From an uncultured bacterium (GTDB lineage: Bacteria; B130-G9): a DNA stretch of 64,000 nucleotides. The notes beneath the pieces are model-generated. The model made no database searches. It was not told the DNA's origin and saw only the letters and a program-made list of their open reading frames with translations. Position 1 is the first letter of the stretch, and each line of letters begins with the position of its first letter. The position numbers and the translations under genes were made by a program. The stretch lies in the NCBI GenBank assembly GCA_965372715.1, contig CBDVDH010000007.1:18580-82579 (forward strand), written 5' to 3'. Of the stretch, positions 41,433 to 50,379 are shown piece by piece.

Positions 41433-42806
41433 ATGATCAGGACGGTCAGCAGATTGATTGTGATCGGGGCATCGGCCGCGGGGCTTTCAGCCGCAAGTCG
41501 GGCGAGGCGCCTGGACCCCGGCCTCGAGATAGTCGTGCTGGAGAAGACGGAGCACGTCTCTGTAGGCTTGTGTCAGCTGCCTTATCTAGTTGCGGGATAC
41601 ATTAAGGACAGACGAGATGTTGTGGCCATCCCGCTCGACGACCTGCGTGAGAAGCGGAACATCGATGTGCGGATCAAGCACGAGGCGCTGGGGATCAACC
41701 CGACTGCGAAGACCGTAGCGTTCTCGGACCTAGAATCGGACAAAGAGCACGAGATGGAATACGACCGGCTGGTCTTGGCGACGGGCGCACTTCCAATCAG
41801 GCCGCCTATCTCTGGCCTCGAGGCGCCGAACGTGTTTGTCCTCCGTTCTCTAGAAGATGCGCTTGTGATCATGAATTACATCAAAGAACGAGGTCCGAAG
41901 AACGCGGTAATCGTTGGCGGCGGCTACATCGGGCTTGAGATGGCCGAGGCGCTCGCGCGGAACGGTCTTTCGGTAGCGATGGTTGAGATGCTGCCGAACG
42001 TTCTCGGGACGATGGACGATGAGCTCACGTCGCCAGTCGAGGCGCACCTTAGGAAACAGGGCGTGAATCTGCTTCTATCATCGCGGCTTGAGAGCGTGAA
42101 GTTGGGTATCGAGGGCTACGCTAACGCGGTTGCGGCCGGAGGTAAGGAGCATCCTGCGGACCTGGTTCTGATGTCACTTGGGGTTCGCCCGAACACTGCG
42201 ATTGCGAAGGAGGCCAGACTGACCATCGGCGAGACGAGCGCAATCGCGACAGATTGGAAGCAGAAGACGTCCGATGAGAGCATCTTCGCTGCGGGAGACT
42301 GCTCAGAGTCGCAGGACATCGTGACGGGCAGGAAGGTGTGGGTACCGCTGGGCTCAACGGCCAACAAGCAGGGCCGCGTCGCTGGGGGCAATGCGGCCGG
42401 CGGATACTCGACTTTCCGAGGGATCACCTCGACGGCCATCTCGAAGACGTTTGACATCGAGATCGGTAGAACAGGCCTGACGGAGAAAGAGGCGAAGAGG
42501 CTCGGTCTGGATTACGAAGCCGCTGTAATCACATCACGGTCGCGTTCCGGCAATTATCCAGGCTCTAAGCAGATGACCGTGAAACTGGTCTTTGAACGCG
42601 TAGGGGGCAAGCTGCTCGGCGGTCAGGTCGTCGGCGAAGATGGCGTCCTCGCCCGAATCAACGTTCTGGCCTGCGCGCTGTTCAAGCGCCTCACCGTCGA
42701 GGAGGCCGCCCGCCTCGACCTCGCCTATGCGCCGCCATTCGCTCCGGCGTGGGACCCCGTGCTCGTCGCGTGTAATCAGGCGGCCAAGAAGGTGAAGGTG
42801 ACATGA
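41433..42806 (+). CDS. FAD-dependent pyridine nucleotide-disulfide oxidoreductase (CoA-disulfide reductase/NADH oxidase family)
   Basis: LIVIGASAAGLSAA (FAD GxGxxG), a second Rossmann IVGGGYIGLEMAE and the redox-active Cys region. Start at MIRTV, which has a GGAGGG RBS; the track ORF begins at 41289. Confidence 0.8.
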   Translation: MIRTVSRLIVIGASAAGLSAASRARRLDPGLEIVVLEKTEHVSVGLCQLPYLVAGYIKDRRDVVAIPLDDLREKRNIDVRIKHEALGINPTAKTVAFSDLESDKEHEMEYDRLVLATGALPIRPPISGLEAPNVFVLRSLEDALVIMNYIKERGPKNAVIVGGGYIGLEMAEALARNGLSVAMVEMLPNVLGTMDDELTSPVEAHLRKQGVNLLLSSRLESVKLGIEGYANAVAAGGKEHPADLVLMSLGVRPNTAIAKEARLTIGETSAIATDWKQKTSDESIFAAGDCSESQDIVTGRKVWVPLGSTANKQGRVAGGNAAGGYSTFRGITSTAISKTFDIEIGRTGLTEKEAKRLGLDYEAAVITSRSRSGNYPGSKQMTVKLVFERVGGKLLGGQVVGEDGVLARINVLACALFKRLTVEEAARLDLAYAPPFAPAWDPVLVACNQAAKKVKVT

Positions 42807-42825
42807 TTAACAGAATCGCATTGGG

Positions 42826-43449
42826 GTGAGCGTCAAGATGAAGGGACTATTAGAGCTGTCTGCCCTCTTTCTAGGGATAATCAACGGGCTGATCCTTCTG
42901 CGACATTATCTTCGAGATAGGCCCAAATTGAGGGTGCGAGCCCTGCATCCTGATCAATACCAGTGGTGGTTCAGATTGCCTCCAGGCGAGTATAAAGGCC
43001 AGCCGACTAGAAAGTACGGCTTCTTGGCTTATGTCCAGATCACTAATCGAGGGCTTCGAGACGTGAGCTTCGAGTCTTGGGGAATTAAGATCAAGGCAAA
43101 AGGTGGCGAGAAGCTGGAACTGCATCCGATAAGCATCCCTCAGCCGAGCGGCATTCTCGGGGATTCCGAAAACGTCAAGCTCTATCCGGTTCTAGGTCAG
43201 AGGACTCTCTTGTTCGAGGGCAGCACTATGGTCAAATCCGGTGATAGCGCGTCAGGGATGGCTTACTACATGGCCGAGGTTTACGGCGACGAGGGCTGGG
43301 GCCCCGCGATCACGGGGGACGGGAAGGTGCAGGCGGAGCTTGATATAGACGACGTGTTCGACAAAAAAGCCAGCTGCAAGTTCTGGTTCTCAGAGATCAG
43401 CCTCGAGCGTGCCGAGAAGATGGTGCCAGGGATCGCGAAGATCGGGTGA
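42826..43449 (+). CDS. hypothetical N-terminally membrane-anchored protein
   Basis: 207 aa with one N-terminal TM (LLELSALFLGIINGLILL). Confidence 0.4.
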   Translation: MSVKMKGLLELSALFLGIINGLILLRHYLRDRPKLRVRALHPDQYQWWFRLPPGEYKGQPTRKYGFLAYVQITNRGLRDVSFESWGIKIKAKGGEKLELHPISIPQPSGILGDSENVKLYPVLGQRTLLFEGSTMVKSGDSASGMAYYMAEVYGDEGWGPAITGDGKVQAELDIDDVFDKKASCKFWFSEISLERAEKMVPGIAKIG

Positions 43450-43502
43450 CGCCGGATGATGCGCGTTCGTAGCCGATGAAGCCAGATTTAAGCAACATGG
43501 TG

Positions 43503-44420
43503 TCAAGTCCTCTCGTTCCGGCCGAAACATTCACGTATCCACTTGCTGATAGGACCATTCAAATCCTCCCCGCTGATCCGTCTGCCAGTGTATCTTTGTA
43601 GGAGCTCGTCGATTTTGAGAAGACAGTGTGAACTCATGTTGAGAGCGCAGGCTCTTTCGATGGCCCGTGCACTCTTCTGGTCAAACTCCAGTTGGCTCAT
43701 TTGCCCCTTTCTTCTGAAGCGCTCTAGCCTTTCTATGTCGAACCTGGGGTCTTCACGCAGCGTAAGGTCTTCAATCTCGACATTTGGGATACTAGGGAGC
43801 TCGTCAATGTTCAGTATCTTCAGCAGCATATTCTTCCCGTTGAGCCTTAATTCGTGAGAGATATCGCGGTCTGAGTAGTACTCGACCATCTGGGTGATAA
43901 ACAGCCATCCGTCCTTTGTTTCGTTCCGGAAGTCCCAGTTGTTTCTGATAGTTAGCAGCTGCTCGTAGGCCTTTCGGGCCAGTTCGTCGATATCCCCGAA
44001 GAAATAGCACCATCTTCCGGTATCATAATCGCTCACCTTCTCCACCAGTTGTTGCATGCTTGGATGCCTTTCTGGCACCTCTTTGATGAAGAATCTGCTT
44101 GTCTTAGCGGAATCCATGGCCCTGTCGAATTCCTCCTCTGTTGGAGATTTGCCTGATTCTGTCCCCTCATAGCCATACTTCTCGCCGAACAGAAAAATGC
44201 AGATGTCGGCTTCGTCAACCATTCTCAGGCAGGCGTGCCCGGGGCTTTCCTCTTCTCCCACATGAGGGGGATCTTCGGAATGCACGGGAGTCATTTCCAA
44301 ATCACAAATGAGATCCACTAGCATCTGGCGCTCCTCCTTGAATTCCGAGACAACCGAGGAGATGAAGACCTTCAGCGGTCGTTCGCCGCATTCTGGCAGC
44401 GGATGAGTCTCTTCAAACAT
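43503..44420 (-). CDS. DUF4062 (TIR-like) domain protein
   Basis: LKVFISSVVSEFKEERQMLVDLI is the DUF4062 N-terminal signature. 305 aa. Confidence 0.65.
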   Translation of the reverse strand: MFEETHPLPECGERPLKVFISSVVSEFKEERQMLVDLICDLEMTPVHSEDPPHVGEEESPGHACLRMVDEADICIFLFGEKYGYEGTESGKSPTEEEFDRAMDSAKTSRFFIKEVPERHPSMQQLVEKVSDYDTGRWCYFFGDIDELARKAYEQLLTIRNNWDFRNETKDGWLFITQMVEYYSDRDISHELRLNGKNMLLKILNIDELPSIPNVEIEDLTLREDPRFDIERLERFRRKGQMSQLEFDQKSARAIERACALNMSSHCLLKIDELLQRYTGRRISGEDLNGPISKWIRECFGRNERT

Positions 44421-44470
44421 CGTAATCCAGAGTGTTCGTCCTCAGTCCCCTCATCCCCCACGTCCCTCAA

Positions 44471-44504
44471 CATTGAGACTATTATGCCGACTGCGACGGC
44501 GAAC
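44471..44504. repeat. 34-bp perfect direct repeat, copy A (remnant of the flippase-like gene's 3' end)
   Basis: attatgccgactgcgacggcgaaccagagcgtgc is identical to 45166-45199. About 45 bp of diverged homology continues leftward in both copies. Confidence 0.8.
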
Positions 44505-44533
44505 CAGAGCGTGCGGGATACCACGCAACCGCA

Positions 44534-45064
44534 CTACCCCTCCTCATCCCAATCGATGTATTGTGGCGGGCTCGCCCCGACGCGCTTCGTCACGATTGGG
44601 TAGTTCTTCTTTGGGACCTCGTCCTCGATCGCGACGACCTTGATCTTGTGCCACCAGTCGTCGCCGAAGTCGAACCAATAGAAGAATGACTGGCGAACTC
44701 TGAGGCCCAAGGAGCGGATTGTGACGCTTGTGTCACCGATGTCTGGATCATCGACCCCGTCGTCCGCAAAAAGAGCGTCCAAGGGGGACGAGCATCTGTA
44801 GCACATGTTGTCAGGAGCGTGGGGGCGCTTTCCAAACTGAAACTCATACATGTGTTCGTCGTCCCGGTCGAACGCCCTAAAGATGGCCAGGTGCAGATTG
44901 TCCAAGCTCTGATCGCCTCGCATCTGAATCGTGCGAGAGACCTTGGGATTCTGTTTGGCAAACTCTTCTGTCTCGGGCCCACTTATGAGGAGGACTTCCA
45001 GCGTGTAAAGCTGATTGGATTTGGATTGTCCCTTTTTAGCTTTTGTCTGCGAATTCTGTTTCAT
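44534..45064 (-). CDS. pRiA4b ORF-3-like (PRiA4_ORF3) family protein
   Basis: FFYWFDFGDDWWHKIKV is the family's YxYDFGDxWxH motif. Confidence 0.7.
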   Translation of the reverse strand: MKQNSQTKAKKGQSKSNQLYTLEVLLISGPETEEFAKQNPKVSRTIQMRGDQSLDNLHLAIFRAFDRDDEHMYEFQFGKRPHAPDNMCYRCSSPLDALFADDGVDDPDIGDTSVTIRSLGLRVRQSFFYWFDFGDDWWHKIKVVAIEDEVPKKNYPIVTKRVGASPPQYIDWDEEG

Positions 45065-45113
45065 AGTAGCTCCTCTGTTTCATATTAAGTGTCAAAGGTA
45101 GCTTAAAACGAAG

Positions 45114-46121
45114 TCAATCAACGTTCCCATCCTCCTCGCCGATGTCCTTCAGCAGCATCGAGGCGATTATGCCGACTGCGACGGCGAACCAGAGCGTGCA
45201 GAGGCGGATGACGATCGTCGCGGCCCCGGCGGCGCTCTTGTCCGTGCATTGGGTGAGCTTCAGCAGGAGGCCGGTCAGGCTGACCTCGGTGAGGCCTATC
45301 CCGCCGGGCATCATGGTCATAGCGCCCACAAGCGTCGAGAAAGCGTAGATGAACACTGCGTCCCCGAAGGACGCGAAACGGGTGATGTCCAGCGCCTCGA
45401 GCACAATGTAGAATGCGACGCACTCGCAGAACCAGGAGACGACACTCAGCCCGACGGCCGGAACGAGTCGCCGAAGCCTTATCAGCTGATACATCGACTC
45501 GTACGCCTCGGCTGCTTTGTCCGTGAACCTCTTCAGAAGCGGAATCATGCCTACGAGAGTGAGAATCGGCTGGGCGAGGCGCCTCGAGCCGACGATCACG
45601 ATGACCGCGACGGTTATCGCGGCGCCAATCAGGAGCACCTTGCCGCCGGTTGCGAATGTCGCCGCGCCCCAGGCGGAGAGGATGAGGAATGCAATGAAGT
45701 CGGTGAAGCGTTCTGCGACGATTATGGGGGCCGTCCTGGCGATAGCGGAGCCATCGACCATCTTGAGAAAGAGGGACTTTATGACCTCGCCAAACCTACC
45801 GGGGCTTATCGTCATCGTCAGCCCGGCAAGGAATATCTTGAAACTCTCCTTTTTGCTGATCGCCACGCCCAAGAGGCGCAGGTAGTAATCCCACTTGAAG
45901 AACCTAAGGATGTAGTTGACGAAGGCCAGTCCGAGGACGCAGGGCAGATACCAGAGGTTGAAGCTGGCGAGCGATTGGGCGAAGTCGTCGAAGCCAGAAT
46001 AGACCGAGATGATGAGGAAAACACCCGCTCCAAGAATGACTGCAATTACGAGCTTCTTGCGCAGGCGATGAAGTATGCTCAAAGGCCCATCCTTTTGAGT
46101 ATCATCTTGTTCTCGGTCCAC
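45114..46121 (-). CDS. flippase-like / lysylphosphatidylglycerol-synthase-TM (UPF0104) family membrane protein
   Basis: 335 aa, 8 TM helices, N-terminal LVIAVILGAGVFLI...FKWDYYLR. Contains copy B of the 34-bp repeat (45166-45199) near its 3' end. Confidence 0.7.
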   Translation of the reverse strand: MDREQDDTQKDGPLSILHRLRKKLVIAVILGAGVFLIISVYSGFDDFAQSLASFNLWYLPCVLGLAFVNYILRFFKWDYYLRLLGVAISKKESFKIFLAGLTMTISPGRFGEVIKSLFLKMVDGSAIARTAPIIVAERFTDFIAFLILSAWGAATFATGGKVLLIGAAITVAVIVIVGSRRLAQPILTLVGMIPLLKRFTDKAAEAYESMYQLIRLRRLVPAVGLSVVSWFCECVAFYIVLEALDITRFASFGDAVFIYAFSTLVGAMTMMPGGIGLTEVSLTGLLLKLTQCTDKSAAGAATIVIRLCTLWFAVAVGIIASMLLKDIGEEDGNVD

Positions 46122-46987
46122 TTGTCCCTAACTTTGACGAAGATGTGCAAAAACACCTTGGACCCGAGCATGGCCTCCATCTCCTGCCGCGCCAGCGTCC
46201 CGATTTGCTTCAACATTTGGCCGTTCTTGCCAATTACTATAATCTTCTGGCTCGATCGTTCAACGTAGATCGTGGCGTCTATTCTGATTAGCGTCTGCTC
46301 GCCCTTTTGCTCTTCCTCGACGGATTCGACGACGACGCCTGTGGAATACGGGAGCTCCTGGCGTGTCAACATCATCGCCTTCTCTCTGATGATCTCCGCG
46401 AGGATGAATTCCTCCGACAGGTCGGTGACAGTTTCTGGGGGATAATACATCGGGCCTTCGGGCAGCAGGCCGATGAGTGTGTCGAGAAGCGAATCAACGT
46501 TCGTGTTCCTAAGCGCCGAGATGTGAAAGGTCTCCTTAAAATCTAGAAGCGAGCAATAGCGCTCGGTCATATCCCTGATGTCTATCTCGGGATGCTGAGG
46601 CAGAAGGTCGCATTTGTTGATGGCCAGCAGAACAGGGCACTGCACTCTGCCGAGGCTTTTGAGTATGAATATGTCCTGGGGATGAGCCTTTCTCTTCACC
46701 TCTGTCAGGAAGACTATTGCGTCCATGTCCGACATGGCGTTCAGCGCCGCTCTAACCATCATCTTGTTCATGAGCTTTGGCGGCTTGTGTATGCCGGGTG
46801 TATCCAAGAGGATAACCTGTGCGTCGGGGAGCGTCTTCACGCCTAGAATGCGATTGCGCGTCGTCTGCGGCTTGTCGGTGATGATCGCTATCTTCTTGCC
46901 GACGATGAGATTGATGAGCGTCGATTTGCCGACGTTTGGCCTGCCGATGATCGAGACGTAGCCTGACCTGAAGGCCCGCTCAGCCAT
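46079..46987 (-). CDS. era: GTPase Era
   Basis: GYVSIIGRPNVGKSTLINL, DTPG, NKCD and a C-terminal KH domain. Start at MAERAF; the track ORF extends to 47200. Confidence 0.9.
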   Translation of the reverse strand: MAERAFRSGYVSIIGRPNVGKSTLINLIVGKKIAIITDKPQTTRNRILGVKTLPDAQVILLDTPGIHKPPKLMNKMMVRAALNAMSDMDAIVFLTEVKRKAHPQDIFILKSLGRVQCPVLLAINKCDLLPQHPEIDIRDMTERYCSLLDFKETFHISALRNTNVDSLLDTLIGLLPEGPMYYPPETVTDLSEEFILAEIIREKAMMLTRQELPYSTGVVVESVEEEQKGEQTLIRIDATIYVERSSQKIIVIGKNGQMLKQIGTLARQEMEAMLGSKVFLHIFVKVRDKWTENKMILKRMGL

Positions 46988-46991
46988 TCCT

Positions 46992-48350
46992 CTAGTCTTG
47001 CTCTTCGCCTTCGGGTTCGCCAATGGGCGCAATCTCGCCGGAGCCGGAAGCGAGCTCGTCCGCCAATTGAAGCCCCTGCTCAATCGAATTGTCCATGTTG
47101 TTATACCAGAACAGCCCAGTCCGGCCGGCCAGGTGGACGTTCGCGAAGCTCTTGACATCCTCTTTGAACCGCTCCTTCTCCTGTCTGTAGCCGAGCTCAT
47201 AGAGCGGGTATGTGTTATCGACTCTCTCGGTGTGAATGTCTAGGATGTTACCGCGATTGCACATGCCGACCTTCTCGAGGTCATCGATGATGTTCTCGCG
47301 GTTGGACTCGGCGTATTCCACATCGGCCGGGCCGAGGCTCGTTATCTCAACACAGACACCGCTCTTGCCCTCTGGGACCATGTGCGGGCTGAAGTTCTGG
47401 GGGAATGAGGCCCTCGTCAGCGTCAGGTCCTTGCTCGGGAAGTATATCCACTGATCGTTGAGGCCGACCTTGTGGTCGATCTCGATATTGAAGGCCACTA
47501 GCGAGAGATAATGAAGGTTTGGCTTTCGTATTCCGAGCTTCTCCGCAAGAAGAGGAGCCGGCGCCGTCCAGATCAGAACGTCCACGTCGTCCTTCTGGCC
47601 ATCATACGCAATCGATGATACTCGGTTCTTAGCCGTGGTCAGCTCGACATCTTGCACGTCGCACACGACACTGCCCCCGAGCGACTTGATGCTGGCCTCG
47701 AGCTTCTTGCTGAAAACATCGACGCCGTGCTTGGGATACACGAACTCGGTCGTAACGGGACTGGGCAGCAGCGTTACCTTGAGCGTGTCCCACAGGGTGT
47801 TCATGCTGGCCCGCTTGTCGATGATGGCCCTGTCGATGCTCGCTGAAGCCCACGTCGCGTGCAGCTTCGCCGGGTCCGTCCAGCAGTACTTCACCGTGTA
47901 GTCGTGGAAGAATATCTCGTAAAGCGTTGGGCCATACTTGCTCTTGATGTAGTCGTCGAAGCGCTCCGTCGTGAACTCCGGCCGCCTAAACAGGTCGAAA
48001 AAACACCTGATAAGCGCAGATTTCGGCAGCTTGAGCAGCGATTTCGGTCTGAGCGGCCATTGATGGTATCTGTCAAAAAGATACACGCTGGAGTGCCGCT
48101 CGATCGTTATGCTCTCGTCTCCCAAAATGTCCTTGATGAAGCTGCTAACATGTGGGTTGTCGGTATGAAACCGATGTGGACCGATATCGAAGGAAAAATC
48201 GCCATACCTGAACGTTTTGGCCAGGCCACCGACCTCGCTGAGTTTCTCCAGCACGACAACGTCGAACCCGCGCCGCGCCAGCTCGTAGCCAACCGTCAAG
48301 CCGCTTATTCCAGCGCCAATTACGTGCGCTCGTCTCTTCTTTTCGCTCAT
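46992..48350 (-). CDS. FAD/NAD(P)-binding amine-oxidase/CrtI-like oxidoreductase
   Basis: RAHVIGAGISGLTVGYELARRGFDVVVLEKLSEVGG, a dinucleotide-binding fold. AGAGG RBS at the MSEKK start; the track ORF begins at 48374. Confidence 0.75.
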   Translation of the reverse strand: MSEKKRRAHVIGAGISGLTVGYELARRGFDVVVLEKLSEVGGLAKTFRYGDFSFDIGPHRFHTDNPHVSSFIKDILGDESITIERHSSVYLFDRYHQWPLRPKSLLKLPKSALIRCFFDLFRRPEFTTERFDDYIKSKYGPTLYEIFFHDYTVKYCWTDPAKLHATWASASIDRAIIDKRASMNTLWDTLKVTLLPSPVTTEFVYPKHGVDVFSKKLEASIKSLGGSVVCDVQDVELTTAKNRVSSIAYDGQKDDVDVLIWTAPAPLLAEKLGIRKPNLHYLSLVAFNIEIDHKVGLNDQWIYFPSKDLTLTRASFPQNFSPHMVPEGKSGVCVEITSLGPADVEYAESNRENIIDDLEKVGMCNRGNILDIHTERVDNTYPLYELGYRQEKERFKEDVKSFANVHLAGRTGLFWYNNMDNSIEQGLQLADELASGSGEIAPIGEPEGEEQD

Positions 48351-48694
48351 AAAAACCTCTAAGAATCTTAACACCTCTTCTGATTGCAGGAGCCGGGCGA
48401 AGTAGTCCTACAATCTGATCAACAGGTATAATGCCATGCGGAAATGATTTGACCAGTCCCAGCGCGGAGTAGGCGTGGAATACGACAACGGTCCGCAGGC
48501 TCAGGCCCCGTGACGTTCGGACATGCTTGTGGCGGTGTTGTGTAAGGGCGCGGTCTGAAGAGCCGCCCGTTTTAATTGATTGCCGTATCGGAGGTGCTGC
48601 ATTCGATTGAATCCACAAGGCGGGCTGGTCGGAGACCAGCCCCTACAAGACCTCGCCAGCCTTCGTGAATCGCCATCACAGAGCTCCGTCCTCA

Positions 48695-50143
48695 TCAATT
48701 CGCTTTATCCAAATAGCTTTGTGAAATCCTCATCTCAGGCATCAGCCCGAAGAAAAAATGCTTCATCCGAAATCGTGCTATCGGCTGATAAATCGACGCC
48801 AGTAGCGTCAGGAGTTTCGTGCAGACGAAGTCCTTCGCCTTTGAATCGATGAAGAAGGACAGAAAATACAAGCTCTCAAGCACCCTCTTATCGCGCCTCG
48901 AAAGCCAGGGCATATCGCTTCTCTCCATCTTGAGCTCGCCCCACTCAGCGAGGGTCTCCGGCTCCTCGAAGCCGTATCGCAAGGTGTCCTCGTAGAGGTC
49001 GGAACCAGGATACGGGATATAGGTCGCAAGCGCAGTGATCGTGGCTTTTGGGTTCTCAAGCATCACCCGAATGATCAGCTCAACCGTCTTCTTAAGGTCC
49101 GCCTCACGCTCATAAGGAAGCCCCGTTATGAAGCTGTATCGCGGGATTATATCGACCTGGGCGAGGCGCCGGTTCACATCGAACAGCTGGGCCATCTTGA
49201 GCTTCTTGCCGACTCGCTTGAGTATGCGCTCAGAGCCCGATTCGACACCGAAATAGAGCCTGCGGCAGCCGCTTCTTTCTAGCAGCTTGAGGTCCGCGTC
49301 GCTCAACGTTGACATCTCCGGGATGTGGCCGCCTGTCGTTGTCCAAGTTATGCCGGCCCCAACGAGCGCCTCGGATATCCGCATTACTCGCTTGATATCG
49401 ACTGAGTAGTTCTCATCCACGATGTAGAAGTGCTTTGCGTTGAATCGCTCGCCCGCTCTCAGCATGTGCTCGACGAAAACGTCCGCCGAGAACGCGCGCC
49501 ATCTGCGTCTATGGAAGACCTTGTTGTAGCAGAACGTGCAGTTGTTTGGGCAGCCTCGTGAGCTCTCGATGTAGAACGTGGGCTTCTCAAATTCAAGCGG
49601 CAGATAGTCTGTGAAATCAACGAGGTCGTACGGCATTTCGGGCAGCGTGTCCATCTCAATGAGGTCCCGAGGGCCAGTGTAGTGCGGCTTGCCATCCAAC
49701 TCGAACCACAGGCCGAGCACGTCCTTGAGGTCTGTGCCGGATTTGAGAGCACTCAGGAGCTCAAAGAACGTCGCTTCACCCTCGCCCTCGACGATGATAT
49801 CGACGCCTGGGTCTGAAAGCGACTGCTCAGGCAGCAGCGTCGTGTGGGCCCCGCCCCAGACGATTGGCACGTCTGAATGGGCCCGGACGAACGATGTGAT
49901 CTCTAGCGCGTGCTTGATCTGGTTGCCGGTCAGACTGTGGATACCAACGCAGAGAGGTGATGAGTTCAGCTCCTTCAGAAGGCTCTGACGCCATTCCTCA
50001 TCGACGCGCTGGTCAATGAGGACTGTGTCAAACTCACCCGCGACGTATCGCGCGGTGGCGAGCAGACCCAGAGGCGGCGTCGGGCTCGTCCTGAGCGTGT
50101 CCCAGTGCCCGAATATCGGCTCCACCAAAACTACTTCAGCCAT
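48695..50143 (-). CDS. B12-binding domain-containing radical SAM protein
   Basis: N-terminal cobalamin-binding fold, then CPNNCTFCYN (CxxxCxxC). Confidence 0.85.
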   Translation of the reverse strand: MAEVVLVEPIFGHWDTLRTSPTPPLGLLATARYVAGEFDTVLIDQRVDEEWRQSLLKELNSSPLCVGIHSLTGNQIKHALEITSFVRAHSDVPIVWGGAHTTLLPEQSLSDPGVDIIVEGEGEATFFELLSALKSGTDLKDVLGLWFELDGKPHYTGPRDLIEMDTLPEMPYDLVDFTDYLPLEFEKPTFYIESSRGCPNNCTFCYNKVFHRRRWRAFSADVFVEHMLRAGERFNAKHFYIVDENYSVDIKRVMRISEALVGAGITWTTTGGHIPEMSTLSDADLKLLERSGCRRLYFGVESGSERILKRVGKKLKMAQLFDVNRRLAQVDIIPRYSFITGLPYEREADLKKTVELIIRVMLENPKATITALATYIPYPGSDLYEDTLRYGFEEPETLAEWGELKMERSDMPWLSRRDKRVLESLYFLSFFIDSKAKDFVCTKLLTLLASIYQPIARFRMKHFFFGLMPEMRISQSYLDKAN

Positions 50144-50379
50144 TCAGTCACTTTTCTCCAGAATAGCAGGTTTTTCAACCAAGATGGACGGCAATATCGC
50201 TACGGTCGTGGCGAATATAGCCATTAGGCAGCACGGCTGTCAAGGAACAGCTTACGGAAGTGGAAGGGCGAAGGGGGAAAGGGATGGGCCGGCGTATGAT
50301 TGTGTAGTTCCCTGCGCTTCAGAAGTGGCCGCCCGGGAGCTTTCGGACACAGGGAGTCCATGCACGCCGTGTCGGATTT

